A stretch of 64,000 nt of DNA from Thermoplasmata archaeon (GCA_021796385.1 JAJYXQ010000081.1:1377-65376), one strand, 5' to 3'; shown: positions 1 through 11,318, numbered from the stretch's first letter. The notes: generated by a model from the sequence alone, not told the origin. A program made the numbers and translations.

Positions 1-2
1 CG

Positions 3-1169
3 ACTCTGGAAGGCCGGAAGGAGATCCTCCAGATCCATACCCGAGGGATGCCCATCGAGGGGACCGACCGGGCCAAGGAGGAGATACTGGCCGAGATGTC
101 GCAGTTGACCCACGGCTATGTCGGAGCCGACCTCGCCGCCGTGAGCCGCGAGGCGGCCATGAACGCCTTGCGGCGCTATCTTCCTGAGATCGACTTCGAC
201 AAGCCGATCTCCGTCCCGTTCCTGGAGAAGATGAAAGTGACCCGGGAGGATTTCCGGGATGCCATGCGCAATGTGGAGCCGTCGAGCCTCCGGGACGTGA
301 CCGTGGAGATCCCTCGCGTGCGCTGGAACGACGTCGGGGGCCTTACCCCTGTGAAGCAAGCGCTCCGGGAGGCGGTCGAACTCCCCTTCACCCGGCCCGA
401 GATCTTCCGTCTAGTCGGGATCGACCCGCCCCATGGCATCTTGCTCTACGGCCCTCCCGGGACCGGCAAGACCATGCTCGCCAAAGCGGTGGCCACGGAA
501 AGCCAAGCGAACTTCATCTCGATCAAGGGACCCGAACTCCTGAGCAAGTGGGTCGGGGAGACCGAAAAGGCGATCCGGATGATCTTCAAGAAGGCCCGGT
601 CGGCCGCACCGGCCATTGTCTTCATCGATGAGATCGATGCGATGGCGAACCGCCGCGGGATGGGTGGACCTTCCAGCGTGGTGACCGAATCCGCCGTGAA
701 CCAACTGCTCACCTCGATCGACGGTCTCGAGCCGTTGCAAAGTGTGGTCGTGATCGGCGCCACGAACCGACCCGACATGCTCGACGACGCCCTGCTTCGG
801 ACCGGCCGTTTCGACCGTTTGATCTACGTGGCCCCGCCCGACTCGGCCGCCCGGCTCGAGATCCTGAAGGTGCACACGGCACGGATGCCCCTCTTCAATG
901 TCGAGCTCGAGAACATCGCGGCGGATACCGAGGGTTACGTGGGAAGCGACCTCGCTTCCCTGTGCCGGGAGGCGGGGATGCAAGCTCTTCGAGAAGGAGG
1001 CACGACGAACAAGGTCACCCAGGCGCACTTCGAGGCGGCCAAGGCCACGATGCACGCTTCCGTGACCCCGGAGTTGGTCAAGTTCTACGAAGAGTTCGGC
1101 CGATCCGTGTCAGCGGCCTCGGGCGCTCTACGCCGGCCGCTGCCACCCGTGGAAGGCATCTATCGCTGA
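3..1169 (+). CDS. cdc48: CDC48/VCP (VAT) family AAA+ ATPase, 5'-partial (D1 end plus D2 domain)
   Basis: Frame is open from base 3 (TLEGRKEILQIHTRGMP); Walker A GPPGTGKT, Walker B FIDEIDA, SRH ATNRPDMLDDALLRTGRFD; C-terminal HbYX-type IYR. Confidence 0.95.
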   Translation, partial: TLEGRKEILQIHTRGMPIEGTDRAKEEILAEMSQLTHGYVGADLAAVSREAAMNALRRYLPEIDFDKPISVPFLEKMKVTREDFRDAMRNVEPSSLRDVTVEIPRVRWNDVGGLTPVKQALREAVELPFTRPEIFRLVGIDPPHGILLYGPPGTGKTMLAKAVATESQANFISIKGPELLSKWVGETEKAIRMIFKKARSAAPAIVFIDEIDAMANRRGMGGPSSVVTESAVNQLLTSIDGLEPLQSVVVIGATNRPDMLDDALLRTGRFDRLIYVAPPDSAARLEILKVHTARMPLFNVELENIAADTEGYVGSDLASLCREAGMQALREGGTTNKVTQAHFEAAKATMHASVTPELVKFYEEFGRSVSAASGALRRPLPPVEGIYR

Positions 1170-1244
1170 TCGACCTTTGCGCAAACCCCGGAAGATGGCT
1201 TGCGGTCAAATAGCCGACGGGGTACGGTCCTTCCGGGCACCGCG

Positions 1245-2534
1245 ATGAAGGGTCGTAGGATCGCACCGCAGTACGGACCGCTCCGCGGGTTGCGGGTCCT
1301 CGACACGGGCCGGGTGGTTGCGGGCCCTTGGGCGGCCACGATACTCGGAGACTTCGGCGCCGAGGTCATTCACGTCGAGGGTCCACCCTTCTCGCCCCCT
1401 TTCGCCGATCCGACCCGATCGCTCCCCCCGCTCCTCCCCCCCCGGGCCTCACCCGAGAACGGGGTCTCCGAGTCTTGGGTCCAGTACTCCCGGAACAAGC
1501 TCTCCCTCGGGCTCGATGTGACCCGCCCCGAGGGCCGGAAAGCCTTCCTCGACCTCGTCCAGTCCGCGGATATCTGGATCGATGCCTCCCGACCCGGAAC
1601 CTTCGCCAAGTTCAGCCTCGGGGATCGAACAGTCCTGCGGGCGAACCCGAGGATCGTCATCACGCACGTCTCGGGTTTCGGACAGAAAGGTGATCCAAGG
1701 TACCTCAACCGCCCTTCCTACGACCTCGTGGCCCAAGCCTTCAGCGGATTCCTCTCCGCCCAGGGAAGACCGTTCCCTGAGCCCCCGACCCAGTCCGGCA
1801 CGGCCATCAACGACCTCGTGACAGGATTGGCCGCCGCCTTCGGTTCCCTCGTGGCCTATGTCCATGCCGCATCCACCGGGAAAGGCCAAGTGGTGGATGT
1901 GGCCCAATATGAAGTGTTCTTCCTCATGATGGAGAACATGGCCGTCGACTTCTTTGGGCGCGGCCAAGTCCGGGAACGGCACGGGAATGCCCATCCCCGA
2001 TTGCACCCCTACGAGATCTTTCCCGCCCGAGACGGTTGGATCGTGCTGGCCGCCCCGACCCCTCGTAGTTGGAGGGTGTTCCGGGAATGGGCGGGCCTAC
2101 CGGACACGCCAGAGTGGAATTCGGTCTCTTGGCGCATCGCCCATCGGAAGCTCGTCAATCAACGGATCTCCGCGATCACCCGGCGCTCCACGATGGCAGA
2201 ACTCGAAGCCGAAGGGTTGCGACGCGACATTGCCTTTGCGCCTATCCTGACCATGAAGGAGATCGCGGAGAATCCGCACTACAAGGCCCGGAACATGTTG
2301 CTTTCATGGAGGGACCCGGTCGCTGGTGACGTCCGCGGGGCCGGGATCGCCCCGAAGCTTTCCCGGACCCCGGGACGGGTGTGGCGGGGAGCGCCGTGGT
2401 TGGGCCAAGACAACCAGCAGGTCCTTGAAAAGCTCCTCGGTTACAGCAAGGACCAGGTCCGACGGCTTCGGGAACTCGGGGTTGTCGGAGACTTTCCCCC
2501 AGTTCGGCTGCGGGAAAGGAAGGGAAGCCGATGA
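1245..2534 (+). CDS. CoA-transferase family III (CaiB/BaiF)
   Basis: LRGLRVLD...GPWAATILGDFGAEVIHVE, SRNKLSLGLD, active-site Asp in AINDLVTG, APWLGQDN; ATG 1245 preferred over ORF start 1200. Confidence 0.92.
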   Translation: MKGRRIAPQYGPLRGLRVLDTGRVVAGPWAATILGDFGAEVIHVEGPPFSPPFADPTRSLPPLLPPRASPENGVSESWVQYSRNKLSLGLDVTRPEGRKAFLDLVQSADIWIDASRPGTFAKFSLGDRTVLRANPRIVITHVSGFGQKGDPRYLNRPSYDLVAQAFSGFLSAQGRPFPEPPTQSGTAINDLVTGLAAAFGSLVAYVHAASTGKGQVVDVAQYEVFFLMMENMAVDFFGRGQVRERHGNAHPRLHPYEIFPARDGWIVLAAPTPRSWRVFREWAGLPDTPEWNSVSWRIAHRKLVNQRISAITRRSTMAELEAEGLRRDIAFAPILTMKEIAENPHYKARNMLLSWRDPVAGDVRGAGIAPKLSRTPGRVWRGAPWLGQDNQQVLEKLLGYSKDQVRRLRELGVVGDFPPVRLRERKGSR

Positions 2535-3673
2535 ACGCGGTGGACCCGGAGACACTTCGAGCCTCGGCCCGGCGGTTTGCCCAAGTCCACGGCTTGCGTG
2601 ACCGGGCCCGGGAACTGGACATTACGCCCGCCTTTCCCTGGAACGAGTTTCGGGAGATCGGGGGGAAAGGTTGGCTCGGCCCGAGAGTACCCGTCGAGTT
2701 CGGTGGAAAGGGGTGGGGGTTCCGGTTGGAAGCGGCTCTCCTTGAAGAACTGGCGGCTAGCGGGGGAAGCGTCTTTGCGAAGCTCGTCCTTCAGCCGGAG
2801 TTCTGCGCCGTCCTCCGTCGCGGTTCGCCGGAGCTCGTGGACCGGTGGTATCGTCCCATGCTCCGGGGCGAGGCCCTCGTGGGGAACCACGTGACCGAAC
2901 CGGGGGCCGGTTCCGACGTGCGGGCTCTTGTGACGACAGCCGAACGCGTGACCGACGGGACGGGCGAACGATTCCTCCTCCGGGGCACGAAGAGCGAGGC
3001 GGCTTTCGTGCAGGATGCCGGGGCGGCCATCGTCTATGCCAGGACCAAGGGAGGGGACCCCCGCGAGGGATTGACCGCATTCCTCGTGCCCCAAGACGCC
3101 CGTGGGATCTCTATCGAGACCCACGCGGATATGGGCGAACGGTGGATGCGGCGGGGTACGGTCCATTATGATGGGGTCAGCCTCCCGTTGAGCGCTCAGA
3201 TAGGGGAGGAAGGGAAAGGACTCCAGTACCTCGTCGAGGAACTCACGGAAGAGCGGGTCATGCTGGGTGTGATCTATCTGGCCCTCGCCGGGGCCTCTCT
3301 CCAAGAGGTCAGTGAGCATGTACAGAACCGCAAGGTTTTTGGTAAGCGGCTGGCGGACTTGGAAGCGGTCGGCTTTGCACTGGTCGAGGACCGTACCTAC
3401 CTTGACGCGACCCGGCTCTACGTGGGTGCGGTGCTCGATGACCTAGAACGAAGAAAGGCGACGGCGGGTAAAGCCTCCATGGCGAAGTGGCTCGCAAACA
3501 CCGTGGCCCTCCGGATCCTCGATCATGCCATCCAGTTCTCCGGTGGAGCCGGATACTCTTCGAAGCTCCCCCACGAAAGGCGGTGGCGGGATGTGCGTTC
3601 GGGAGGATTGGCCCACGGATCTTCGGAGACGCTCAAAATGACCGCCGTTCGGGAGATGCTCGGACGCGGTTGA
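2531..3673 (+). CDS. Acyl-CoA dehydrogenase
   Basis: HVTEPGAGSD, LRGTKS, IGEEGKG, A(L/I)QFSGGAGY, ERRWRDVR; ATGA overlap with the CoA-transferase. Confidence 0.92.
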   Translation: MNAVDPETLRASARRFAQVHGLRDRARELDITPAFPWNEFREIGGKGWLGPRVPVEFGGKGWGFRLEAALLEELAASGGSVFAKLVLQPEFCAVLRRGSPELVDRWYRPMLRGEALVGNHVTEPGAGSDVRALVTTAERVTDGTGERFLLRGTKSEAAFVQDAGAAIVYARTKGGDPREGLTAFLVPQDARGISIETHADMGERWMRRGTVHYDGVSLPLSAQIGEEGKGLQYLVEELTEERVMLGVIYLALAGASLQEVSEHVQNRKVFGKRLADLEAVGFALVEDRTYLDATRLYVGAVLDDLERRKATAGKASMAKWLANTVALRILDHAIQFSGGAGYSSKLPHERRWRDVRSGGLAHGSSETLKMTAVREMLGRG

Positions 3674-3747
3674 ACCGGGCCCCGTAGAATCGGGGGTTGG
3701 AAAAGGGGATGCCCACAACCTTTTTCCGGCCCCCCACCGTATATAGA

Positions 3748-6700
3748 ATGGTGATGGAGGCGCCTTTGCGGACACCGGCACTGGTCTTCGGGTTCTGCGT
3801 TGGCTTCCTCCTGCTTCTCCCGGCTGGGATGGGATTATACCCCGCCCTGTCCGCCGGTGTTTTGACGTCTTCCCACACGGCGTACACCCTCCCACAAAAC
3901 CTGCAGAAGCCGGACTCTGGGTTAGCCCCAACCCCCGGCGAACCCCTCCCCGTCTCATTCCCCGCGTTCGCAAGCGGTGGGTGCACGCCCATCAAAGAGG
4001 TACCGATCACGATCTCGAACTCACAATCGTCCCCGACCTCCTCCCCGTTCCAAGAGATGCTGACGATCGATTCGCTCTCGTATGGGGCGTACATCAATTC
4101 CGCCTGGTCAAACGTCGAGTTCCTCTACCCCTCCGGCACGGCCATCCCCGCATGGATCGAGTCCGGGGCCACCAACACGAGCACTGCGACCCTTGTCTGG
4201 CTCCGGTTGAACGCCATCCCGGCCTCGAGTGCGATCTCGATAGGGATGGTGATCTTCAACACCGGATGCAGCCTCCTTTCATCGACCGGGCCGCTCGGGG
4301 AGGCACCCCAGCTCTCTCCCACCTACGCGGCGTACGACGATGGGAGCCTGGTCTTCTCGTTCTACGACAATTTTGCCGGAACTGCCATTTCGGCCGGGTA
4401 CAAACTCATTTCGGGTGCCACGATCCAACAGAACAATGGCCTCAGCATCTGCTGCGGCATCGAGGGGGGGCTCATCTGGAGTACGGGGTACGCACCGCCC
4501 TTCGTGTTCGAAAGTGACGTCACCGGGATATCCGGACCCTACCCAGGGCTGCTGCTCCTGAGCGGCACCTCGGGGACTTCGCCCGGGTATGCTCTCGATG
4601 ACGATGCGGGAGGTTGCAGTTGTAGCGTGGGTGCAGGGGGGATCGATTCTGGAGTAAGCGGAACTTCCTCTCCTGTATTGTCCCTTTCCACCGGTATCAT
4701 GGGCGGCGCATGGCTGACGAGCTCGTCCCAGCTATGGTATGAGAACTATGCGACCTACACGGGGAGCGCAACCACCTACACCATCCCCGGCACTGAGTAT
4801 GTGGGATTCGGGCTCATCAATGCATCCTCCGCTTCGGCGAGCCTCTCGCTTCAATGGGCTCGCATCCGGGCGTACCCTCCGAACGGAGTGGCCCCGAGCA
4901 CGAGCTTCGGGTCCATGGTCCCCGCTCTCAGCGCGGGAGCGGTCTCGCCATCGGCCCCGACGATCGATGCCGGGCAGTCCCTCGTCCTCACGGCCAACCC
5001 ATCCGGCGGCATCCCACCCTATAACGGACAGTGGTACACCGGTGGAGCACCGAACTGCGGGAGCAATGTGGCCATCATGGGCGCGACCGCTGCCACACTC
5101 ACGGTCGCACCCACCGCCAATACGAGCTATTGCTACACGATCCGCGATGGAGGAGGGATCAGCGGAGCTTCTCCGCTGGACCCCGTTACCGTCCATCCGA
5201 CCTTGACCTCGGGCCAACCCATCCCCGCAGGAGGACGTATAGACCGTGGGCAGCAGATCACGCTCTCGATCAACACGACAGGGGGAACCCCCCCGTACTT
5301 CTACCAGTGGTATTCCGGGAACTCGACGAATTGTTCGAAGGATGTCGCCATCCCGGGAGCCCGGGGGGCGACCTTAACGGCGAGCCCAGTGACCGCCACG
5401 GATTTCTGCTATTCCACGGGCGACGCGTCGATAGGGACCCCGGTCGCGAATGCTTCTTCACCCGCGGTGCTCGTTCAGGTCAGTGCCTCCTTGACACCGG
5501 GCACACCATCGCCGGTATCCTGGGTCCTCGACATCGGACAGAGCGTCACCCTGAGCGCTTCCGCCTCCGGAGGCACTCCTCCTTACTTCTATCAATGGTA
5601 CACCAGCCTGCTGGGCAGTTCACCCTGTACTTCGGGAGTGCCTGTGGCCGGCGCTGTTTCCTCGACGCTCAATTTGACGCCGTCGGCCACAACCTACAAC
5701 TGTTTTGAAGTGAAGGATAGCGCCTCGACACCGGCTGCGAACGGCTCCTCGTGGAGCCAGATTGTGGTGAACCCTCGGCTACAGGCGAAGGGGCCACTGC
5801 CCGGCCCCGTGTCCCTCGATCCGGGACAATCGATCAATCTCAGTGTTTCTGTTACCGGGGGAACGCCCGGGTATGCTTACCAGTGGTTCGAGGACCTGAC
5901 CAACACCTCGAACTGCACTGGAGGAGTCCAGATCGCGGGGGCCACCAATGCAACGTACGCGGCCAAACCCCCTGGGACGGAGTACTACTGTTACGAAGTC
6001 ACCGACCATGCCAGCGTTCCGGTCTCGAACGCATCGAACTGGACCCTCGTTACGGTGAAGCCCCCCCTGGTGGCAGGTAGCATAACTCCGGCGAACCCGA
6101 CCCTACCTCCTGGGCAGTCTGTGCGCCTGATGGCATCTCCCTCCGGGGGGTCCCCTCCGTACACAATCTCATGGTACTCCGGAACCCAAGCGCTATGTTC
6201 CGGGGACAATGTGATTCCCGGCGCCCATGGACTGGACCTGAACGTGACACCATCTTCCACAACGTACTACTGCTATGCCGTGACCGACGCCTCCGCAGGG
6301 GTTCCCGCATCGCACATCCTTTCCCCGACCGACCCGGTCACCGTATCTTCTTCGCCCCTCGTCATTACTGGGCTGAAGGCCATCCCTGCGACGGTCCGGG
6401 TGGGACAATCGACCACGATCTCCGTACTGACCGCGGGTGGGACGGCTCCCTTCACGTATCGCTACGCCGGTCTGCCCTCCGGGTGCGCTTCTTCCGACAG
6501 CGCAAGCATCGGGTGCACCCCATCCACATCAGGCCACTTCAATGTCTCGATAACGGTGAGCGACAGCGTTGGAGCCACCGCCTCGGCCTCTACTCCCCTT
6601 AACGTAAGCCCGGCCTTGGCCCCACTTAGCGCGGCACTGATCTCGAACCGCGCGCAGGTGAACCCTGGCGAGCGCTTCGCGCTCATCATCGAGGTGCAAG

Positions 6701-7500
6701 GGGGCTTACCCCCCTATCGCTTCGTCTGGTCCCTCAATGGGACCAACGTCACCACCGCCCCGGATGCGACAGTATGGAACGTATCGCTCTTGCACCCAGG
6801 AAACTATACCTTCCGTGGCTTCGTCACGGATGCCCAGGCCGACCATACCCAGACGGTGCCGATCCATGTGCTCGTACTGGTGCCATCGTCCCCACCTCCG
6901 GCCACACCTTCCTTCCTTTCCAAAGCTCTCCCCTACATCGTCTTGGTGGTTGTGCTTGCCGTGATCGCTATCCTGGCCATGACGATGCTTGGCCGTCGAC
7001 GGCGACAGCGTAACGAAACCTTTCCGCCGATGCCCCCGGAATCGGCCACCGCGTCTCGGACCGATACCCCCGGACCGGCTCCCAACTTGGACTCTGGTGC
7101 GACACCGAGTTCCCCCGCACTAGTCACTCCATCTCTACCCAGTACTGGTCCATCACCCGCACCTGCCCCATCGGTGGCGACGCTAGGGTCGTCATACCCT
7201 CAACTTCGTTGCGTCCTTTGCGGTGGCCCGATGACCAGCAACCTCGTCTGCGAGAACTGTGGTTATGAACTGGTGCCGCAGACCCCTGCGAAGGAGGCGA
7301 CAACGAGCAAACCCTCCGAGGTCACCTCGGCCCCGCCTTCCACCGAAGCGGAACCACAACCGGAACCTCCGACCTCCCCGGCCCCCGACCCCGGACGACC
7401 CCCCCAACCGGTAGGTCCCTCGGGTGCGACGGATTCGGTCGAGGATATCACCCGGGAGCTCGAATCCTGGCTCAAGAAGACGCGCAAGCCGGGTCCCTGA
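3748..7500 (+). CDS. Large membrane-anchored surface protein: DUF2341-like N-domain, seven Ig/PKD-like repeats, TM helix, Pro-rich cytoplasmic tail with zinc ribbon
   Basis: Hydrophobic N-terminal signal; PLGEAPQLS/YDDGSLVFSFYDNF DUF2341-like motifs; repeats with GQS..L....SGG.PPY.YQW; TM near 6934-6993; CxxC-x9-CxxC at 7210-7260. Start (3748 vs 3697/3754) uncertain. Confidence 0.8.
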   Translation: MVMEAPLRTPALVFGFCVGFLLLLPAGMGLYPALSAGVLTSSHTAYTLPQNLQKPDSGLAPTPGEPLPVSFPAFASGGCTPIKEVPITISNSQSSPTSSPFQEMLTIDSLSYGAYINSAWSNVEFLYPSGTAIPAWIESGATNTSTATLVWLRLNAIPASSAISIGMVIFNTGCSLLSSTGPLGEAPQLSPTYAAYDDGSLVFSFYDNFAGTAISAGYKLISGATIQQNNGLSICCGIEGGLIWSTGYAPPFVFESDVTGISGPYPGLLLLSGTSGTSPGYALDDDAGGCSCSVGAGGIDSGVSGTSSPVLSLSTGIMGGAWLTSSSQLWYENYATYTGSATTYTIPGTEYVGFGLINASSASASLSLQWARIRAYPPNGVAPSTSFGSMVPALSAGAVSPSAPTIDAGQSLVLTANPSGGIPPYNGQWYTGGAPNCGSNVAIMGATAATLTVAPTANTSYCYTIRDGGGISGASPLDPVTVHPTLTSGQPIPAGGRIDRGQQITLSINTTGGTPPYFYQWYSGNSTNCSKDVAIPGARGATLTASPVTATDFCYSTGDASIGTPVANASSPAVLVQVSASLTPGTPSPVSWVLDIGQSVTLSASASGGTPPYFYQWYTSLLGSSPCTSGVPVAGAVSSTLNLTPSATTYNCFEVKDSASTPAANGSSWSQIVVNPRLQAKGPLPGPVSLDPGQSINLSVSVTGGTPGYAYQWFEDLTNTSNCTGGVQIAGATNATYAAKPPGTEYYCYEVTDHASVPVSNASNWTLVTVKPPLVAGSITPANPTLPPGQSVRLMASPSGGSPPYTISWYSGTQALCSGDNVIPGAHGLDLNVTPSSTTYYCYAVTDASAGVPASHILSPTDPVTVSSSPLVITGLKAIPATVRVGQSTTISVLTAGGTAPFTYRYAGLPSGCASSDSASIGCTPSTSGHFNVSITVSDSVGATASASTPLNVSPALAPLSAALISNRAQVNPGERFALIIEVQGGLPPYRFVWSLNGTNVTTAPDATVWNVSLLHPGNYTFRGFVTDAQADHTQTVPIHVLVLVPSSPPPATPSFLSKALPYIVLVVVLAVIAILAMTMLGRRRRQRNETFPPMPPESATASRTDTPGPAPNLDSGATPSSPALVTPSLPSTGPSPAPAPSVATLGSSYPQLRCVLCGGPMTSNLVCENCGYELVPQTPAKEATTSKPSEVTSAPPSTEAEPQPEPPTSPAPDPGRPPQPVGPSGATDSVEDITRELESWLKKTRKPGP
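4927..6880 (+). repeat. Seven tandem ~85-97 aa Ig-like protein repeats; the first five have a conserved Cys pair
   Basis: Recurring L.....P....D.GQS..L....SGG.PPY.YQWY......C.....I.GA...T....P.....YCY...D units in the translation. Confidence 0.8.
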
Positions 7501-7545
7501 CCGCTCACCCATCGCACGGGCTACGGGCCCTCCGTGGGCGAGTGG

Positions 7546-7551
7546 TTTATA
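7546..7551 (+). promoter_or_regulatory. Candidate TATA box upstream of top6B
   Basis: TTTATA about 42 nt before ATG 7593 in a GC-rich intergenic region. Confidence 0.4.
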
Positions 7552-7592
7552 CCCTGAGCCGTTAGCGGGACGGAGGAAACGGACCCACACGC

Positions 7593-9599
7593 ATGCCAGA
7601 CACGCGCTCGATTGCCGAGGAAATGGCGGCGAAGCAGCGGGAGATCTCCGTCGCCGAGTTCTTCGAGCGGAACCGCCAGGTTCTGGGTTTCGACAATCCC
7701 CAGCGGGCCACACTCACTACGGTGAAAGAGGCGCTGGATAACTCACTCGATGCGTGCGAGGAGGCCCGCATCATGCCGGAAGTCTCGGTCGAGATCGCCC
7801 GGATTGGCGAAGACCGGCTCAAGATCGCTGTCGAAGACAACGGGCCCGGGATTGTCCGGCGTGAGGTCCCGAACGTCTTTGGCCGACTGCTCTACGGAAG
7901 TCGCTTCCATTCCAACCGCCAGGCCCGAGGGCAGCAGGGGATCGGCATCTCCGCCGCCGTCCTCTACGCGGGGCTCACCACCGCCACCCCGGCCCACGTT
8001 ATCTCCAAGGTGAACGAAGCACCTACCGCCGTCGCCGTTGACCTTCTCATCGACACCGCGAGGAACCAGCCCAAGGTGATCCGAGAAGAACCCCTCCTCT
8101 GGGGCGATAAGAAGCAAGGTACGCGCATCGAGGTCACCTTGAAGGGGAAGTACCAGCGGGGCCGGGCCTCACCCTACGAATACCTCCGGGGAACGGCGAT
8201 CGTGAACCCCCACGCCCGATTGACCCTCGTGGAGCCCGATGGGACCCGGACGACATGGGAACGGGTCAGTGACGAGGCGCCGCGCCTTCCCCGAGAGATA
8301 CCCCCCCACCCCCACGGGATGGAGCTTGGGGAACTTTTCCAGCGACTCAAGGCCACGGAGGCGAAATCTTTGCAGGACTTCCTTACCCGGAGCCTTTCCG
8401 GGATCCTTCCCCGGACCGCCTCCGAGGTCTGCCGGGCGGCGGACCTTCGTGGGACCGAGAAGCCTTCCGCCCTAACCTCGGCCCAGGTGGAGCGGCTCCT
8501 CGAAGCGCTCCGCTCGGCCAAGGTCGCCCCGCCCCCGACGGACGGCCTCTCCCCTATCGAGCCGCTGCTCATCAAGCGGGGTTTGAAGAACGTCCTTGGT
8601 TCGATACGGCCCGAGTTCTATGCGAACCCGGTCACGCGCCCTCCCAAGGTGCACGCTGGCTGCCCCTTCATCGTCGAGGTCGGCCTCGTCTACGGAGGTG
8701 GCCTGCCGGCAGAGGAGCCCATCCAGGTGCTCCGGTTCGCCAATCGCGTCCCCCTGCTCTTCCAGCAGGGTGGCTGCGCCATCACGCAAGCCGTCGCCAA
8801 CGTCGACTGGCGCCGGTACGGTCTCGAGCAGAAGACCGGCACGATCCCGGTCGGCCCGGTCGTCCTCCTGGTTCACGTCGCCTCCACGAAGGTACCCTTT
8901 ACCTCCGAGGCGAAGGAGGCCGTCGCCTCCACCGAGGACATCGACCGGGAGCTCACATTGGCCATCCAGGCGGCGGCACGGTCGCTCTCGCTTCACATCT
9001 CCCGTCGCACGCGTCGTTCCCAGGCCACGGAGAAGTTCGCCATCATACGCAAGATACTCCCCCGCCTTGCCGAGAAGACGGCCACGCTCGTAGGAAAGCC
9101 CGTGCCGGATCTCACTCCGGTCATCACGAAGATCATGAACGTGGTCGCTGTGGAGCCCGTTGGACCTGAGGCAGAGGGGTTGCAGGGGTTGCGCCTCACA
9201 AACTACACGGCCTCGGAAAAGAAGGTGAAGCTCTTCCTCGAACTGCCATCCGAAGCGCTCGGCGATGGCTTTCGGGCGGAGCCCGCCCCCGAAACCGTGC
9301 AACCGGAACTGGGAAGGGCTTCCTGGGACACCTTCCGACTTCGGACCAATGAGCTTCGGGAGGTGGCCTTCACCTGGCCTCGAGGGGTCCGGCCGGATGC
9401 ATCAGACGTCGATGTATTCCTGGCGGGCGTCGATGAGGCGCACCTCCTCGGGGCAGACCCGCTCCCGGGGGACTGGGACGTGACACTGCCGAAGGAACTG
9501 GTCGAGGAGGCCCGGACCCTATCCTCAGAAGCGACTTCCGAGTCGGAGGTGGATTACGATGCCGCGGAAAGGAGCGCAGGGATCAGCGACGAAGAGTAA
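7593..9599 (+). CDS. top6B: DNA topoisomerase VI subunit B
   Basis: [17 protein letters not shown] motifs [34 protein letters not shown]; RFANRVPLL; [10 protein letters not shown]. Confidence 0.97.
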   Translation: MPDTRSIAEEMAAKQREISVAEFFERNRQVLGFDNPQRATLTTVKEALDNSLDACEEARIMPEVSVEIARIGEDRLKIAVEDNGPGIVRREVPNVFGRLLYGSRFHSNRQARGQQGIGISAAVLYAGLTTATPAHVISKVNEAPTAVAVDLLIDTARNQPKVIREEPLLWGDKKQGTRIEVTLKGKYQRGRASPYEYLRGTAIVNPHARLTLVEPDGTRTTWERVSDEAPRLPREIPPHPHGMELGELFQRLKATEAKSLQDFLTRSLSGILPRTASEVCRAADLRGTEKPSALTSAQVERLLEALRSAKVAPPPTDGLSPIEPLLIKRGLKNVLGSIRPEFYANPVTRPPKVHAGCPFIVEVGLVYGGGLPAEEPIQVLRFANRVPLLFQQGGCAITQAVANVDWRRYGLEQKTGTIPVGPVVLLVHVASTKVPFTSEAKEAVASTEDIDRELTLAIQAAARSLSLHISRRTRRSQATEKFAIIRKILPRLAEKTATLVGKPVPDLTPVITKIMNVVAVEPVGPEAEGLQGLRLTNYTASEKKVKLFLELPSEALGDGFRAEPAPETVQPELGRASWDTFRLRTNELREVAFTWPRGVRPDASDVDVFLAGVDEAHLLGADPLPGDWDVTLPKELVEEARTLSSEATSESEVDYDAAERSAGISDEE

Positions 9600-10698
9600 G
9601 GGCCCGCCCGTGGGAAAGGAGGAGGAGGCCCTCCGGCAGGCGATCGCGCTCGCCGGCAAGGTGTACGAAGAGCTGGATAGGGGAGAGGTCCCTTGGATGC
9701 GGCTGCCGCTCCGGACCAAGCAGAACATCGCCTTCAACCTCCGGGAAGGGGTCTGGAAGCTCGGGACCCTCACGGGTACCCGCTCAGCCCGAAAGATGGA
9801 TGGGGCCATGATGCTCCTCCGGACGTTCTGGATCGTCGACTTCATCCGGGAGATGGCCCGGGACCAGAAGACCTCCACCCTCCGGGAACTCTACTACATC
9901 TCCGAACAATGGGAAGAAGCGAAGTTCCACAGCGAGGATGAATCCAATCTCCTCGTCGAGGACCTCGAGGTGCTCACCGAAAAGCTCCGGGAGGACTTCC
10001 GGCTCCATCCGGAGGAAAACGGGGCTTCGGTCATCGGGGACCTGACCCTGACAGAGGTCAACCGGAAGGGGGTCCGGAAGGTGATCAACTGCCGGGACGA
10101 CGTGGGGGACGGCGGCTACCAGCTCCCGAACAATGTGGAAAAGGAGAAGATCACCTTCAAGTCCGCTGGGGCGAAGTTCGTCGTTGCCATCGAGTGCGGA
10201 GGCATGATGGACCGCCTTGCCGAGAACGGCTTTGATGAGCGCCACGACGCGCTCCTCGTCCACCTGAAGGGGCAACCCGCGCGCTCCACCCGGAGGTTCC
10301 TCAAGCGGGTCAACGAGGAGCTCAAGCTCCCGGTCATCGTGTTCACGGACGGGGACCCCTGGTCCTTCCGTATCTTCGCCTCCGTCGCCTATGGGGCCAT
10401 CAAGACCGCCCATCTCTCGAACTACCTCGCCACGCCCGGGGCCCAGTTCCTCGGTGTGACCGCGTCCGATATCGAGAACTACAAGCTCCCGAGCGACACC
10501 TTGAACGACAAGGACATCCGGGCGCTCAATGCCGAGCTCACCGACCCGCGGTTCAACGACCAGTTCTGGCGCACCGAGATCACCCTAATGCTTGAAAAGG
10601 GGCGCAAGGCGGAACAGCAGTCCCTCGCCAAGTACGGTTTGAACTACGTGACCGACAAGTACCTTCCGGAGAAGCTCACCGAGCTGGGCGTGTTGTGA
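9559..10698 (+). CDS. top6A: DNA topoisomerase VI subunit A
   Basis: STLRELYY (catalytic Tyr), [14 protein letters not shown] and DGDPW, KAEQQSL; overlaps the end of top6B. Confidence 0.97.
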   Translation: MPRKGAQGSATKSKGPPVGKEEEALRQAIALAGKVYEELDRGEVPWMRLPLRTKQNIAFNLREGVWKLGTLTGTRSARKMDGAMMLLRTFWIVDFIREMARDQKTSTLRELYYISEQWEEAKFHSEDESNLLVEDLEVLTEKLREDFRLHPEENGASVIGDLTLTEVNRKGVRKVINCRDDVGDGGYQLPNNVEKEKITFKSAGAKFVVAIECGGMMDRLAENGFDERHDALLVHLKGQPARSTRRFLKRVNEELKLPVIVFTDGDPWSFRIFASVAYGAIKTAHLSNYLATPGAQFLGVTASDIENYKLPSDTLNDKDIRALNAELTDPRFNDQFWRTEITLMLEKGRKAEQQSLAKYGLNYVTDKYLPEKLTELGVL

Positions 10699-11318
10699 AG
10701 CGCCCCGCTAGCCCCATCCACGCCCTGACCCTCCCGTGCCCCACCTGTGCCGAAGAGACGCCCCACCGGGTGCTCCACGTCAGCGCCTATCGGGAGGGCG
10801 GTTACCTTGCCGGGGTAGCGCGCTGTGGGAAGTGTCGCCAGACCCATCCCTTCGAGGTACGCCCGGCCACGGGCACCATACGGGTGGTCCTTTCCAAGGG
10901 GGCGCGGTCCCGGGTGGTCCGCGTTCCCCGAGTAGCCTTCCCGAACTTCGAGCCGGGCACGCGCTTTACGATCGAGGACGGGCAGGCCCACATCACCCGC
11001 ATCGAGCCCGAAGGTCCCCCTTCCCCAGAGGACGCAGGGAAGGCCTTCACCGTCTGGGCCGTGGCCGAAGGACCCGCCCGGGTCAGGGTGAGCCTGAGCG
11101 CCGGGGCCCGGACCATCCCGCTCACTGTGGAGCTGGACCCCGACACGCCGCTCCGTGTCGCCGGGAACTTGGTCGTGGGAAGCCGGAGATTGCGTATCTA
11201 TGCCATCCGTGTGGGGCGCAGGACCATCGACGACGAAGGGTTCACGGCACCGGCCGGGAGGATCGTGCGGGTCTACGCCCGCTCCGCTTGGACACCGCCC
11301 CCCGGTAACAACGATTGA
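10695..11318 (+). CDS. HVO_0476-like archaeal zinc-finger protein
   Basis: CPTC...H and CGKC..H zinc ligands, then two beta-rich repeats and a C-terminal IVRVYA; GTGA overlap with top6A. Confidence 0.75.
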   Translation: MKRPASPIHALTLPCPTCAEETPHRVLHVSAYREGGYLAGVARCGKCRQTHPFEVRPATGTIRVVLSKGARSRVVRVPRVAFPNFEPGTRFTIEDGQAHITRIEPEGPPSPEDAGKAFTVWAVAEGPARVRVSLSAGARTIPLTVELDPDTPLRVAGNLVVGSRRLRIYAIRVGRRTIDDEGFTAPAGRIVRVYARSAWTPPPGNND

